NCBI GenBank assembly: GCA_965215885.1
Contig: CBDCEW010000023.1
Location: 1-15,629 of the forward strand
From: Candidatus Moanibacter sp.
GTDB taxonomy: Bacteria > Verrucomicrobiota > Verrucomicrobiia > Opitutales > UBA2987
DNA: 15,629 nucleotides
Reading direction: 5' to 3'
Shown: piece after piece, positions 8,144 through 15,629 of the stretch
Position numbering within the stretch: position 1 is the stretch's first letter
How the letters are laid out: the number at the start of each line of letters is the position of its first letter
Made by a program: the position numbers and the translations under genes
The notes under the pieces: model-generated
Database searches by the model: none
The model's input: the letters and a program-made list of their open reading frames with translations, nothing else
Told to the model about the DNA's origin: nothing

Positions 8144-8188
8144 TCAGTGTCCAGCGCAAATTCATGGTGTCGAAAAGGACCAAATTTC

Positions 8189-8197
8189 AGTATATCA
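8189..8197 (-). promoter_or_regulatory. Possible extended -10 promoter for PEP-CTERM paralog 2
   Basis: Minus strand reads TGATATACT (TGn + TATACT) in the intergenic gap. Confidence 0.35.
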
Positions 8198-8329
8198 AAA
8201 ATCGTTCGCCCTTTCCAGTACGCATATCCCGCGAAATAGGCGAATCAATTGGAGTTTTCCAGGGAAGCAACTAAAGCCAGTATGCGATCATACTGCCAAC
8301 AATTCGCACCACCCTGGATGGTGTCGAAA

Positions 8330-9229
8330 CTAACGCGGGCCTACCCTGCCGAACAGCAGCAAGCTCCCGATTCCGAGTAGTAGCATGGCGTAAGTGCTCG
8401 GTTCGGGAACCACGTTAAACTCGGTGTGGACGTCTATCTGAGCATTGCTGCCGGTGCTTCCGATTGTAAAGTTCCACTGGTACCCAAAGGTCACATCAGT
8501 GTCATCCAAAGTAGAATTGGAATCGGCAAAGGTCGTAAGCGAATTATCAGTTAAACCGAAAGTAAGATTCGGGAAAATCGCGACTTCGAAATTCGAGGGG
8601 GATACATCTCCCAAGCCGGCAGGGTTGACGAACCCTTCGCCAAATACTAAATCCTCGGGTTGCGTGATAGCCGTCGTAAATTCGCTCGATTGAGTAAATT
8701 GATTGAGATCTCCGAAGATAGAATCGTTCTCAGAATCTTGATCCAGATCGTAATCGAAGATTGCGAAAATCGAAACGGCGTCCGAGCCCCCTGATAAAGC
8801 CCCGATATCCAGTGTGATATCGAGGAAGGCCGAGACTGTGCCGAACCCTATCGGGTCAATCGGGGCATAGGTGAAAGTAAAATCAAACGAATTCGTTGTA
8901 CCCACCACCTCGATAGCGTTGTCTACTACATTAACCGAGGTAATTTGACTGCTACCACCAAAACCATTAAGGGCAAATTCTTGCGTGTCATTGTTGACAC
9001 GATAAAACCATTGGATTGAGGCCAGTTGATTCACTCCATCAACCACCACAGATTCCAGATTTCCACTACCTTCATTGAAACTGATTGTGATATTTCCGTC
9101 CGTAACGGAAGTGAATACCCCCGAAGGGGTAATCGCGTCGTCTATTACAACAGCATACAGTGCGGAAGGCGCGGTGAGCGCCAATACCAAAACCACTCGA
9201 ACTAGATTCCTCAATGGTCTACTCACCAC
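8330..9229 (-). CDS. PEP-CTERM sorting-domain surface protein (paralog 3)
   Basis: Signal peptide (RNLVRVVLVLALTAPSALYA) and C-terminus VVPEPSTYAMLLLGIGSLLLFGRVGPR. Collinear with paralog 2. Confidence 0.92.
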   Translation of the reverse strand: MVSRPLRNLVRVVLVLALTAPSALYAVVIDDAITPSGVFTSVTDGNITISFNEGSGNLESVVVDGVNQLASIQWFYRVNNDTQEFALNGFGGSSQITSVNVVDNAIEVVGTTNSFDFTFTYAPIDPIGFGTVSAFLDITLDIGALSGGSDAVSIFAIFDYDLDQDSENDSIFGDLNQFTQSSEFTTAITQPEDLVFGEGFVNPAGLGDVSPSNFEVAIFPNLTFGLTDNSLTTFADSNSTLDDTDVTFGYQWNFTIGSTGSNAQIDVHTEFNVVPEPSTYAMLLLGIGSLLLFGRVGPR

Positions 9230-9294
9230 CCAGAATCAGGGATGGCATTCCTCGATTTACAAAAAATAATGATTCTGCGAAATAATCAATCCCA

Positions 9295-9323
9295 ACAGTA
9301 GAAGCATCCCCTGTTGCAGTCAA
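9295..9323 (-). promoter_or_regulatory. Putative sigma-70 promoter for PEP-CTERM paralog 3
   Basis: Minus strand TTGACT-N17-TACTGT, ending about 65 nt upstream of the start codon. Confidence 0.5.
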
Positions 9324-9334
9324 TCTAAAGTTTC

Positions 9335-10817
9335 GCCTCGTCAGCAGAATCTGTGGGTTATTTCGGGTTCAGGCAAGACGCCCATGGTATGAAATAGGGC
9401 GATCTTAAGCACTTCGAAGCTCTTAAAGCCGTATGCTTTTCTGATAGTGAGATTTATATTGCGGTTAAAGCCCTCCACAATGCCGCAGGAAAAGGCCTTT
9501 TTGGCCCGAAACCAGTTGAGGATGAGCGGCTCGTGTTTGCGCACCGAGCGCACGAACCTTTTGATCGGTTTGAGGCGCGAACGCATGGCGCGCGTGCACC
9601 ATTTTTTCAGATACCATTGGGCCCAGTAGGGACTTTTATAATGCCACAAGAGCTGAAAGCTCTCCTTTAGTAGATAGGCCCGCACGCTCTTCAGATCGTA
9701 TTGGAGCACCTCCTTGAGGCGGATCTGTTGGGTGGGGGTGAGATTTTGCGGATTTTTCAAGAAACAGTATTTGCTTTTGACCAGCACGTTGATGTAGCCG
9801 TCCCGTTGCAATCGCCTGGCTTCCGCAGCACGAATCTCATTGAGGGCCTTGTTCAGGTTGGCTACCAAGTGGAAGCGATCGAGGATGTGCAGCGCCTGGG
9901 GTGCCTTTTTCTTGATCACTTTGAGGTAAGGCTTCCACAGATCCGAGCAGACGTAGAGGATCTGGCTGCTCTTTTGCGCTCCCAATTCCCAGAAAAAACG
10001 CAAGAGCGATTTTACGTTGCGCTTATTGAATACGCCCAATAGCCGCCGCCGCCCCTCGTCAAGCTGGTAGACCACGGTGAGATAGTGATGGCCTCGATGA
10101 TACTGCACCTCATCGACTCCGATCGCCTCAATCCCGCTCATATCGCGCCGTTTGAGCCCCCAACGCACCATCGCCTCGACCGACTCGAAGACGTTGCGCC
10201 AGTTCGTGCGAAAAACCCTTGCCGTCTCTTCCCAGCTCAAGCGCCTCGCCCACTGGGCCAGAAACCATTGCATTGGCCAACTCAGATGACTCTTGCCCTT
10301 GGCCCAGGGCACCTCTTCGACCTTCACCCCGCACCGCCGGCAATTGACCCGCCGCATGCGGTAACGAAAATACACCTTCATCCCCCACAAGGGCACAAAT
10401 TCAAAATGCCTCGCCTCGCTCATGTGGTCGTAGCCGCTGGCCGTCCGGCCACACCCCGAACAGCACACCCGACTATTCTTGCGCGGCTCAATCTGCACCA
10501 CAATCGCCTCCTCCGATTTCACCATTTCCATACTCGCCTTTGCGTAAACAAAGCTCTTGAGCCAATAGCACCGATTCAGTAGCGTTTTGATGAGCACTGG
10601 GTCCTCCGTGTTCAGGATGTATTTTCGGTACTACTTTCATCCTCGGAACGGCCCGGTGCTTCAACCTTTCAATCCCATATGCAAAGAAAACACCGACCAG
10701 CCCCTCCGGCTGTGGAGGAGCGGGTTTCAGGGCAGCGCCCTGACTTCTCCTTGTGCTCACCGACTCTATTTCCTCTTGTAAGCGACGTTACCCACCCACA
10801 GATTCTGCTGTAGACCC
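9335..10817 (-). mobile_element. ISL3-family insertion sequence, 1483 bp
   Basis: 24-bp TIRs match 20/24 with core CAGCAGAATCTGTGGGT. 8-bp TSD AAAGTTTC at 9327-9334 and 10818-10825. The transposase stop lies within the right IR, as is usual for ISL3. Confidence 0.95.
9341..10597 (-). CDS. ISL3-family transposase, 418 aa, apparently intact
   Basis: Zinc finger CCSGCG...CRRCG, VPWA, IGVDE, VCSDLWKPY, LDRFHL, VEGFN..I..TIRKAYGF. Confidence 0.95.
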   Translation of the reverse strand: MLIKTLLNRCYWLKSFVYAKASMEMVKSEEAIVVQIEPRKNSRVCCSGCGRTASGYDHMSEARHFEFVPLWGMKVYFRYRMRRVNCRRCGVKVEEVPWAKGKSHLSWPMQWFLAQWARRLSWEETARVFRTNWRNVFESVEAMVRWGLKRRDMSGIEAIGVDEVQYHRGHHYLTVVYQLDEGRRRLLGVFNKRNVKSLLRFFWELGAQKSSQILYVCSDLWKPYLKVIKKKAPQALHILDRFHLVANLNKALNEIRAAEARRLQRDGYINVLVKSKYCFLKNPQNLTPTQQIRLKEVLQYDLKSVRAYLLKESFQLLWHYKSPYWAQWYLKKWCTRAMRSRLKPIKRFVRSVRKHEPLILNWFRAKKAFSCGIVEGFNRNINLTIRKAYGFKSFEVLKIALFHTMGVLPEPEITHRFC

Positions 10818-11037
10818 AAAGTTTCAAATGTAACTTGTGCGCTCAGCGCTGTCGAGTCCACCGTCTCGACGGCAAAATCCGATTGTAGGACCTCGCTTGC
10901 GAAGGACGAACCGGGTTCGGGACCCTAGGGACCCTTGCCATAATATCCCTCCTGAATCAGTCGCATGCCACTGCCGCAGGGATTGAGGCGGAATGTGACC
11001 TTGTCGTCATATGTGCGAATTATCCCCACGGCTAACT

Positions 11038-11105
11038 GTAGGAAGGCCGCTCGCGGCCGAACCGAAATCCGACATGGTCGGTTCGCTCGAGAGCGAGCTT
11101 CCTAC
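11038..11105. repeat. GTAG-type REP doublet (REPIN-like)
   Basis: GTAGGAAGGCCGCTCGCGGCCGAACCGA ... TCGGTTCGCTCGAGAGCGAGCTTCCTAC. These are two inverted GTAG REPs, each with an internal hairpin. A further degenerate GTAG unit starts at 10885. Confidence 0.75.
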
Positions 11106-11212
11106 CCTCACAGTGAAACGGGCAGATTTTGATCCTCTATCCCAATATAGAATATCAGTCTCACCAAATAATATATCCGCTCCAGAGTAATTCCAATTTC
11201 GTTTCGTATCAG

Positions 11213-11590
11213 CTAACTGTCACTTCCCGGTCTCTCTAATCTAACCGGCACGGGTGGCACCGGAAGCTGGCCACTTGCCGTCCAGCCTTCAACTTCGGGC
11301 GCTTCCCGCTCGGGAAAGAGGGAGCGGACGAGCCGCACACCGGTCTCGATCAGTATCCGCTCACTCTCGGGTCTCACCTGGGCGGGCAAACCATACGGCT
11401 TGTTACCGTAGTTGGGCTCGTAGCCTCCCAACGGGTATTCGGCCGCTGTTGGAAAATAGGAGATCGCTCCGTTCGTGTACCCGGCGTAGAGCGTTACTTC
11501 CGCAGGCCATCGCTCTTTTACGGCGAGGCCAATTTCGGAAAAAATTTCGCCCGGCCCCGTTACCATGGCGCCATCCCCAATGCGGACGGC
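11213..11590 (-). pseudogene. 3' fragment of a neutral/alkaline-ceramidase-like family gene
   Basis: AVRIGD.AMVTGPGEIFSEIGLAVKE...YAGYTNGAISYFPTAAEYPLGGYE is the typical C-terminal signature of this family. The upstream part of the gene is missing. Confidence 0.72.
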
Positions 11591-11689
11591 ACCGCCGTGT
11601 TCTCGAATCCGCAGGAATCTCTCTCTGCAATCCGTGCCCATCAGTAATCCGTGGTCTGTTCTCCTAGAAACGTTTCGGTTGCGGCCACA

Positions 11690-12040
11690 TTGCGCCAGTA
11701 TGTGACAGTCGTCACCCAACAGCGCCTCGACCAGACTCACAACCGGGTCGCGGACAATGAGATCGCGAAACGACTGGTGATACTCGAACATCCGCATCAG
11801 GCTGACGCCGCGAATGTAATCCCCTTCGTCGTCGTCGTGCAGCCTTTCGTCGTCCTATTTCCTCACCATCACACCCTTTAGAGTGTCAACCTCTTCGGCG
11901 GTAAGAACGTTTCCCAGATAGAGCCAGCCCTCCCGATGAAACTCCTCGACCTTCCTCGCCGTCTCCTCTTCGCTGAAAGGTTGACCCCTCTCCATTACAT
12001 CAGAGCCATAACCCTCCTTGAACAGCTCTGCAGCTACCAT
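11690..12040 (-). pseudogene. 5' fragment of a second PhyH-family dioxygenase with an in-frame TAG
   Basis: GGAG RBS and ATG 12040, then ...VEEFHREGWLYLGNVLTAEEVDTLK..MVRK* (TAG 11855-11857). The same frame continues DDERLH...LMRMFEYHQSFRDLIVRDPVVSLVEALLGDDCHILAQ. Similarity stops before any HxD motif. Confidence 0.78.
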
Positions 12041-12114
12041 CGTTTTAATCTCCCCACCACCTTGCTCTGCGATGGCCCTCTACCCGATTTCGGTGCGAAC
12101 ACGCCCCCTGACGC

Positions 12115-12246
12115 TCGAACTTACTGAAAAACCCCCACGTTCTTGCGAACGCGGCTACAACGTTTCGTGAGTCGTTGATATTTGTAGCCGCGTTCGCAAG
12201 AACGCGGTCGAGGATTCCGAAACGACGACTTTTTCAGCAAAATCGA
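12115..12246. repeat. Composite palindromic element: GTAG REP pair inside IS-like termini
   Basis: Perfect 23-bp IR CGTTCTTGCGAACGCGGCTACAA (12138-12160) and TTGTAGCCGCGTTCGCAAGAACG (12182-12204). Outer arms TCGAACTTACTGAAAAA and TTTTTCAGCAAAATCGA match 14/17. Confidence 0.7.
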
Positions 12247-12288
12247 CACTCTCCCCATGACCCTAAGACGATGCGTAAGGCAACAATT

Positions 12289-12315
12289 ATTGACGCAGCC
12301 GCAGGCTGCGTCAAT
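12289..12315 (-). terminator. Hairpin overlapping the zinc-peptidase stop codon (terminator-like)
   Basis: Perfect 12-bp stem ATTGACGCAGCC-GCA-GGCTGCGTCAAT. The U-tract is weak. Confidence 0.45.
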
Positions 12316-12976
12316 CCCGCGAAAGCATGATAAGGTAGAGGAGATTGGCCAGCGAAGCAACAAAGGCTGCTACGTAGGTGAAGGCGGCGGCGTTTAACGT
12401 ATTGGTCACTCCCGGCATTTCATCCGGAGCGATAATACCCAAACCCGCCAGTTCCCTCTTTGCCCGCTTACTGGCATCGAATTCTACAGGCAAGGTGACG
12501 AGCTGAAATACGGTCAGGACAAGGTAGACCAGAATACCGAGCTTGATCAGCCCCATCATGCCGAAGAAGAATCCACCAACGATTACAAACGGCAGTAGGC
12601 GGGAGGCAATATTCGTGATCGGAATGAGGCTCATGCGCAACTGCAGCGCCTTATAGCCTACCGCGTGCTGAATGGCGTGCCCGGCTTCGTGAGCCGATAC
12701 CCCCAGGGCCGCAAGACTGGAGCCGGCATAATTTTCCTCGCTCAGCGCCAACCGTTTGTTTATCGGGTCATAATGATCGGTCAGGTGCCCGCGAACGGGA
12801 ACGATCTCCACATCCTGGATCCCCGCGTTGCGCATCACGTATGCGGCCGCTTCCCGGCCGGTAATGCGGCTCCGCGATAATATCCTCGAGTACTTATTGT
12901 AGGATCTTGAGATTTTCACCTGCGCCCAGATTCCGACTATAATCGGTACGCCGATAAGTAAAATGATTATTCCCAT
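12311..12976 (-). CDS. Putative neutral zinc metallopeptidase (YugP / Zn_peptidase_2 family), membrane-bound
   Basis: G.LTDHYDP, AHEAGHAIQH (HExxH), TLPVEFDASKRA, AAAFTYVAA and several TM segments. Confidence 0.95.
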   Translation of the reverse strand: MGIIILLIGVPIIVGIWAQVKISRSYNKYSRILSRSRITGREAAAYVMRNAGIQDVEIVPVRGHLTDHYDPINKRLALSEENYAGSSLAALGVSAHEAGHAIQHAVGYKALQLRMSLIPITNIASRLLPFVIVGGFFFGMMGLIKLGILVYLVLTVFQLVTLPVEFDASKRAKRELAGLGIIAPDEMPGVTNTLNAAAFTYVAAFVASLANLLYLIMLSRD

Positions 12977-13036
12977 AACTGTCCTTACCTAGAGTTGATT
13001 TTGCTAATGTTAATTAATACTAATAAACACTCAATC

Positions 13037-13052
13037 AGCAATTTCAGTTCCA
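13037..13052 (-). promoter_or_regulatory. Sigma-54 (-24/-12) promoter for the zinc peptidase gene
   Basis: Minus strand TGGAACTGAAATTGCT is GG-N10-GC and close to the consensus TGGCACG-N4-TTGCW. It lies 60 nt upstream of ATG 12976. Confidence 0.7.
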
Positions 13053-13161
13053 GTTTTCTCTCATGGACTGAATTTGCTTAAATCTGTTTATATAGCGGGT
13101 TCAGAATCTACCTCCCAACTCAAGAAAAGGGCAAGTATTATCCACGGTGTGCAGATTTGTC

Positions 13162-15282
13162 TCAGGCAAGTCCCGATCTTGCCAATAGCGCGCTCGTATT
13201 CGGATCGCGTCCCATAAAGTCACGGAACAGCTGAGCCGGCTCCTCGCTATTTCCCTTCGAGAGGATCTTTTCCCTGAACTCACGGCCCACCTCGGCATTC
13301 AGGATACCCTCACGCTTGAATCGCGTGAAGGCGTCGGCATCGAGCACTTCTGCCCACTTATACGAGTAGTAACCCGCGGCGTATCCCGTGCTGCTGGCGA
13401 ACAGGTGGCTAAACCGCCTGATAATCGGTAGTGGTTTGGTCTTACTCGGCGGGTGAAAATCGACCAGCATCATGTCGAGCAGCCTGTCAAGGTCCCCTCC
13501 TTCATATTCGGGGTAACGACAATGAAGTTCCAGGTCCATTTTCCCGAATGAAAGCTGGCGCATCATCATCATCGCCGAGTGAAAATTACGCGCCTTCATC
13601 ATCTTCTCAAAGAGCGTCTCGGGAATCGGTGCGCCCGATTCGTAGTGGCGCGCGAAGAAGTCGAGGCTCTCTCTCTCCCAACACCAATTCTCCATTATCT
13701 GCGATGGCAACTCCACAAAATCCCAAGCTACGTGTATGCCGTTGAGCGACTTGATCTCTACTTCCCCCAGGAGGTGGTGTAGAAGGTGCCCGAACTCATG
13801 AAAGATCGTCTGCACCTCGTCGTGGGTAAGTAAGGAAGGCTTGCCGTCAACCGAAGGGGTCAGATTTCCGCAGATGAGTCCTACGTGCGGTTTCCACTGC
13901 CCGGGCCCCTCTTTCTCCCCCGCCGGCCCGCCAGTTATCAGGGAGTTCATCCAGGCACCGCTCCTCTTTGACTCTCGAGGATGCCAGTCCGTATAGAAGG
14001 CCCCCAGCAGCGCTCCCTCTCTACCTCTGACCTCGTAATACTTCACCTCTGGATGCCATACTTCGATCGACGCGCTCGGTTTGGAGTCTCTATCTTCGGA
14101 AGGGTCAATTTCATCGGCTTTCAAACAGACCGCACTCCGCTCGCAAATCTGAATACCAAAGAGCCTCTCGGCGATCCTGAACATACCTTCGATCACCGGG
14201 TCAATGGAGAAAAAGGGACGGAGTTCCTCCTCATCGAAATCGTATCGCTCCCTCCTGAGATTCTCAGCCCAAAAAGCCATTTCCCACGGCTCCAACGGCT
14301 CGCTCACACCGCTGGTCCTCTCCGCCTTGAAATTTTCTAAATCAGAGCACTCCCGATCAAATGCTTCCTTTACCCGCGTAAACAGTTCCTCAACAAACGC
14401 CATTGCATTCTTACCGTCTTTCGCCATTCGGCGCTTGAGGACAAGATCGGCAAAGCCGGGTAAATTGAGTGTTCGGGCCTTCTCCTCGCGAAGTGCCAGA
14501 ATCTTCCAGATCAAATTTGTATTATCGAACGGTTCGGCATATCCGATTGTGTTGGATCCCTCCCAGAGTGTTTTTCGAATGTTTTCGTCCTTCAAGTATT
14601 TCATTGCCGGGAAATAGGACGGCACCTGTTGGGTAAAGCGCCAGCAGGGTTTCTCCTCGCTCCCGTAGCCCTTACGCAGGGCATCCTGCCGAGCCTGCTC
14701 TTTGGCCAATTCCGGAAGACCCTCCAGCTTCTCTTCATCTTTGAGAATAATCTCGAACTGGTTAGACGAATCGAGAACATTCTCCGAAAACTTCTGGGTA
14801 AGCTGGGCCAGTTCCCTGGATACTGCTTCGAACCGCTCCTTCTTTTCTTCCGGCAGATCCGCCCCATGCTCTCGAAAGTCGGCCATCGTCTCTTCCAGAT
14901 ACCGGCGCTTCACGGCATTGAGATCGTGGGCCTCCTCCGCCTCAGCGTAAGCTTTCAGAACGGCCCAAAGCGCTTCATTGAGTGGAATCTTCGCCCAAAA
15001 CTCGGTCACTTTCGGCAACATTTCATTGTAGGCTTCGCGAAGTTCCGAAGAATTGTCTACCGAATCGAGATGCGATACTTTTTGCCAGGCGACACTTAGA
15101 GCCTCGGTCGCATCTTCAAGGGCGAGAAAGGTGTTCTCGAATGTGAGCGCAATGCCGGAACCGATCGCATTAATCTTCTTCTGCGCCTCTTCCAACGCGC
15201 GGCTGATATCGGGCCTGACCTTATCGGGGACCAGCTCCGACCAGGCAATGGCAAATCCATCGTCGAGAAAGGGATTCTTCAT
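13162..15282 (-). CDS. prlC: M3A-family metallopeptidase, oligopeptidase A, 706 aa
   Basis: N-terminal NPFL, KRSGAWM, TIFHEFGHLLHH, WDFVELPSQIMENW, FSHLF...GYAAGYYSYKWAEVLDADAF and F.GRDP. Confidence 0.93.
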   Translation of the reverse strand: MKNPFLDDGFAIAWSELVPDKVRPDISRALEEAQKKINAIGSGIALTFENTFLALEDATEALSVAWQKVSHLDSVDNSSELREAYNEMLPKVTEFWAKIPLNEALWAVLKAYAEAEEAHDLNAVKRRYLEETMADFREHGADLPEEKKERFEAVSRELAQLTQKFSENVLDSSNQFEIILKDEEKLEGLPELAKEQARQDALRKGYGSEEKPCWRFTQQVPSYFPAMKYLKDENIRKTLWEGSNTIGYAEPFDNTNLIWKILALREEKARTLNLPGFADLVLKRRMAKDGKNAMAFVEELFTRVKEAFDRECSDLENFKAERTSGVSEPLEPWEMAFWAENLRRERYDFDEEELRPFFSIDPVIEGMFRIAERLFGIQICERSAVCLKADEIDPSEDRDSKPSASIEVWHPEVKYYEVRGREGALLGAFYTDWHPRESKRSGAWMNSLITGGPAGEKEGPGQWKPHVGLICGNLTPSVDGKPSLLTHDEVQTIFHEFGHLLHHLLGEVEIKSLNGIHVAWDFVELPSQIMENWCWERESLDFFARHYESGAPIPETLFEKMMKARNFHSAMMMMRQLSFGKMDLELHCRYPEYEGGDLDRLLDMMLVDFHPPSKTKPLPIIRRFSHLFASSTGYAAGYYSYKWAEVLDADAFTRFKREGILNAEVGREFREKILSKGNSEEPAQLFRDFMGRDPNTSALLARSGLA

Positions 15283-15302
15283 AGGCTAACTACTTTATTT
15301 TT

Positions 15303-15366
15303 TCCACGTTAGCAGAATCTGTGGGACTTTACTGGGTTCAGGCAAGTCTCTCATGTTGAGAAATAG
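15303..15366 (-). mobile_element. Vestige of an ISL3 right end
   Basis: Aligns to 9335-9397 through AGCAGAATCTGTGGG, GGGTTCAGGCAAG and GAAATAG. It encodes LFLNMRDLPEP(fs)..HRFC* versus LFHTMGVLPEPEITHRFC* in the intact copy. Confidence 0.85.
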
Positions 15367-15578
15367 TCGAAAAAGAAGAGAAGATCGACTGGAGATCACG
15401 ATTGAGAGTCACGATCGAAGAGCAACGAAAATAGGCTATCACACATCAATAGTGTCATTTCCTCACCCCCGCCACTCCATAACCTGGTAAATGTCATCAT
15501 TTCCAGGATATCTCGATTGACGAACGGGAAGCTTTTCCTCTAAAACTCCGGCCTCCCCAATAGTGGAACCCCGGTTTT

Positions 15579-15629
<51 letters not shown>

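Noticed and set aside
9447..10781. Overlapping ORFs within the ISL3, including 10488..10760
   Set aside because: They are shadow ORFs or lie in the structured IS leader, with no passenger-gene evidence.
11855..11857. In-frame TAG as pyrrolysine or stop-codon recoding
   Set aside because: TAG ends other genes here (1749, 5266, 7187, 8330), and the gene is also truncated, so a nonsense mutation is the simpler explanation.
13431..15289. Plus-strand and off-frame ORFs over prlC
   Set aside because: They are antisense or off-frame shadows of a conserved gene.
15517..15546. TTGACG-N18-TAAAAC as the tRNA promoter
   Set aside because: The position is plausible, but the -10 lacks the conserved final T, so it is too weak to call.

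Overview
Bacterial chromosomal region. The PEP-CTERM proteins, several PhyH dioxygenases and the repeat types suggest a PVC-group organism such as Verrucomicrobia; this is inference only. The right end is housekeeping: a YugP-like zinc peptidase with a sigma-54-type promoter, oligopeptidase A (M3) and a partial tRNA-Phe. The left ~12 kb is an eroding accessory zone. It holds a CtBP-like D-2-hydroxyacid dehydrogenase (partial), three paralogous and very acidic PEP-CTERM surface proteins, an intact PhyH dioxygenase, and complete IS1634 and ISL3 elements. A carboxymuconolactone-decarboxylase gene is split by a MITE and the IS1634 inserted side by side at one CTAG. There is also a PhyH/ceramidase-like chimeric pseudogene, an ISL3 end vestige and many hairpin repeats. 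The most unusual pattern is three unrelated miniature elements, each with IS-like termini wrapped around a REP/REPIN-like fold-back core. No CRISPR array, rRNA or phage genes were seen.
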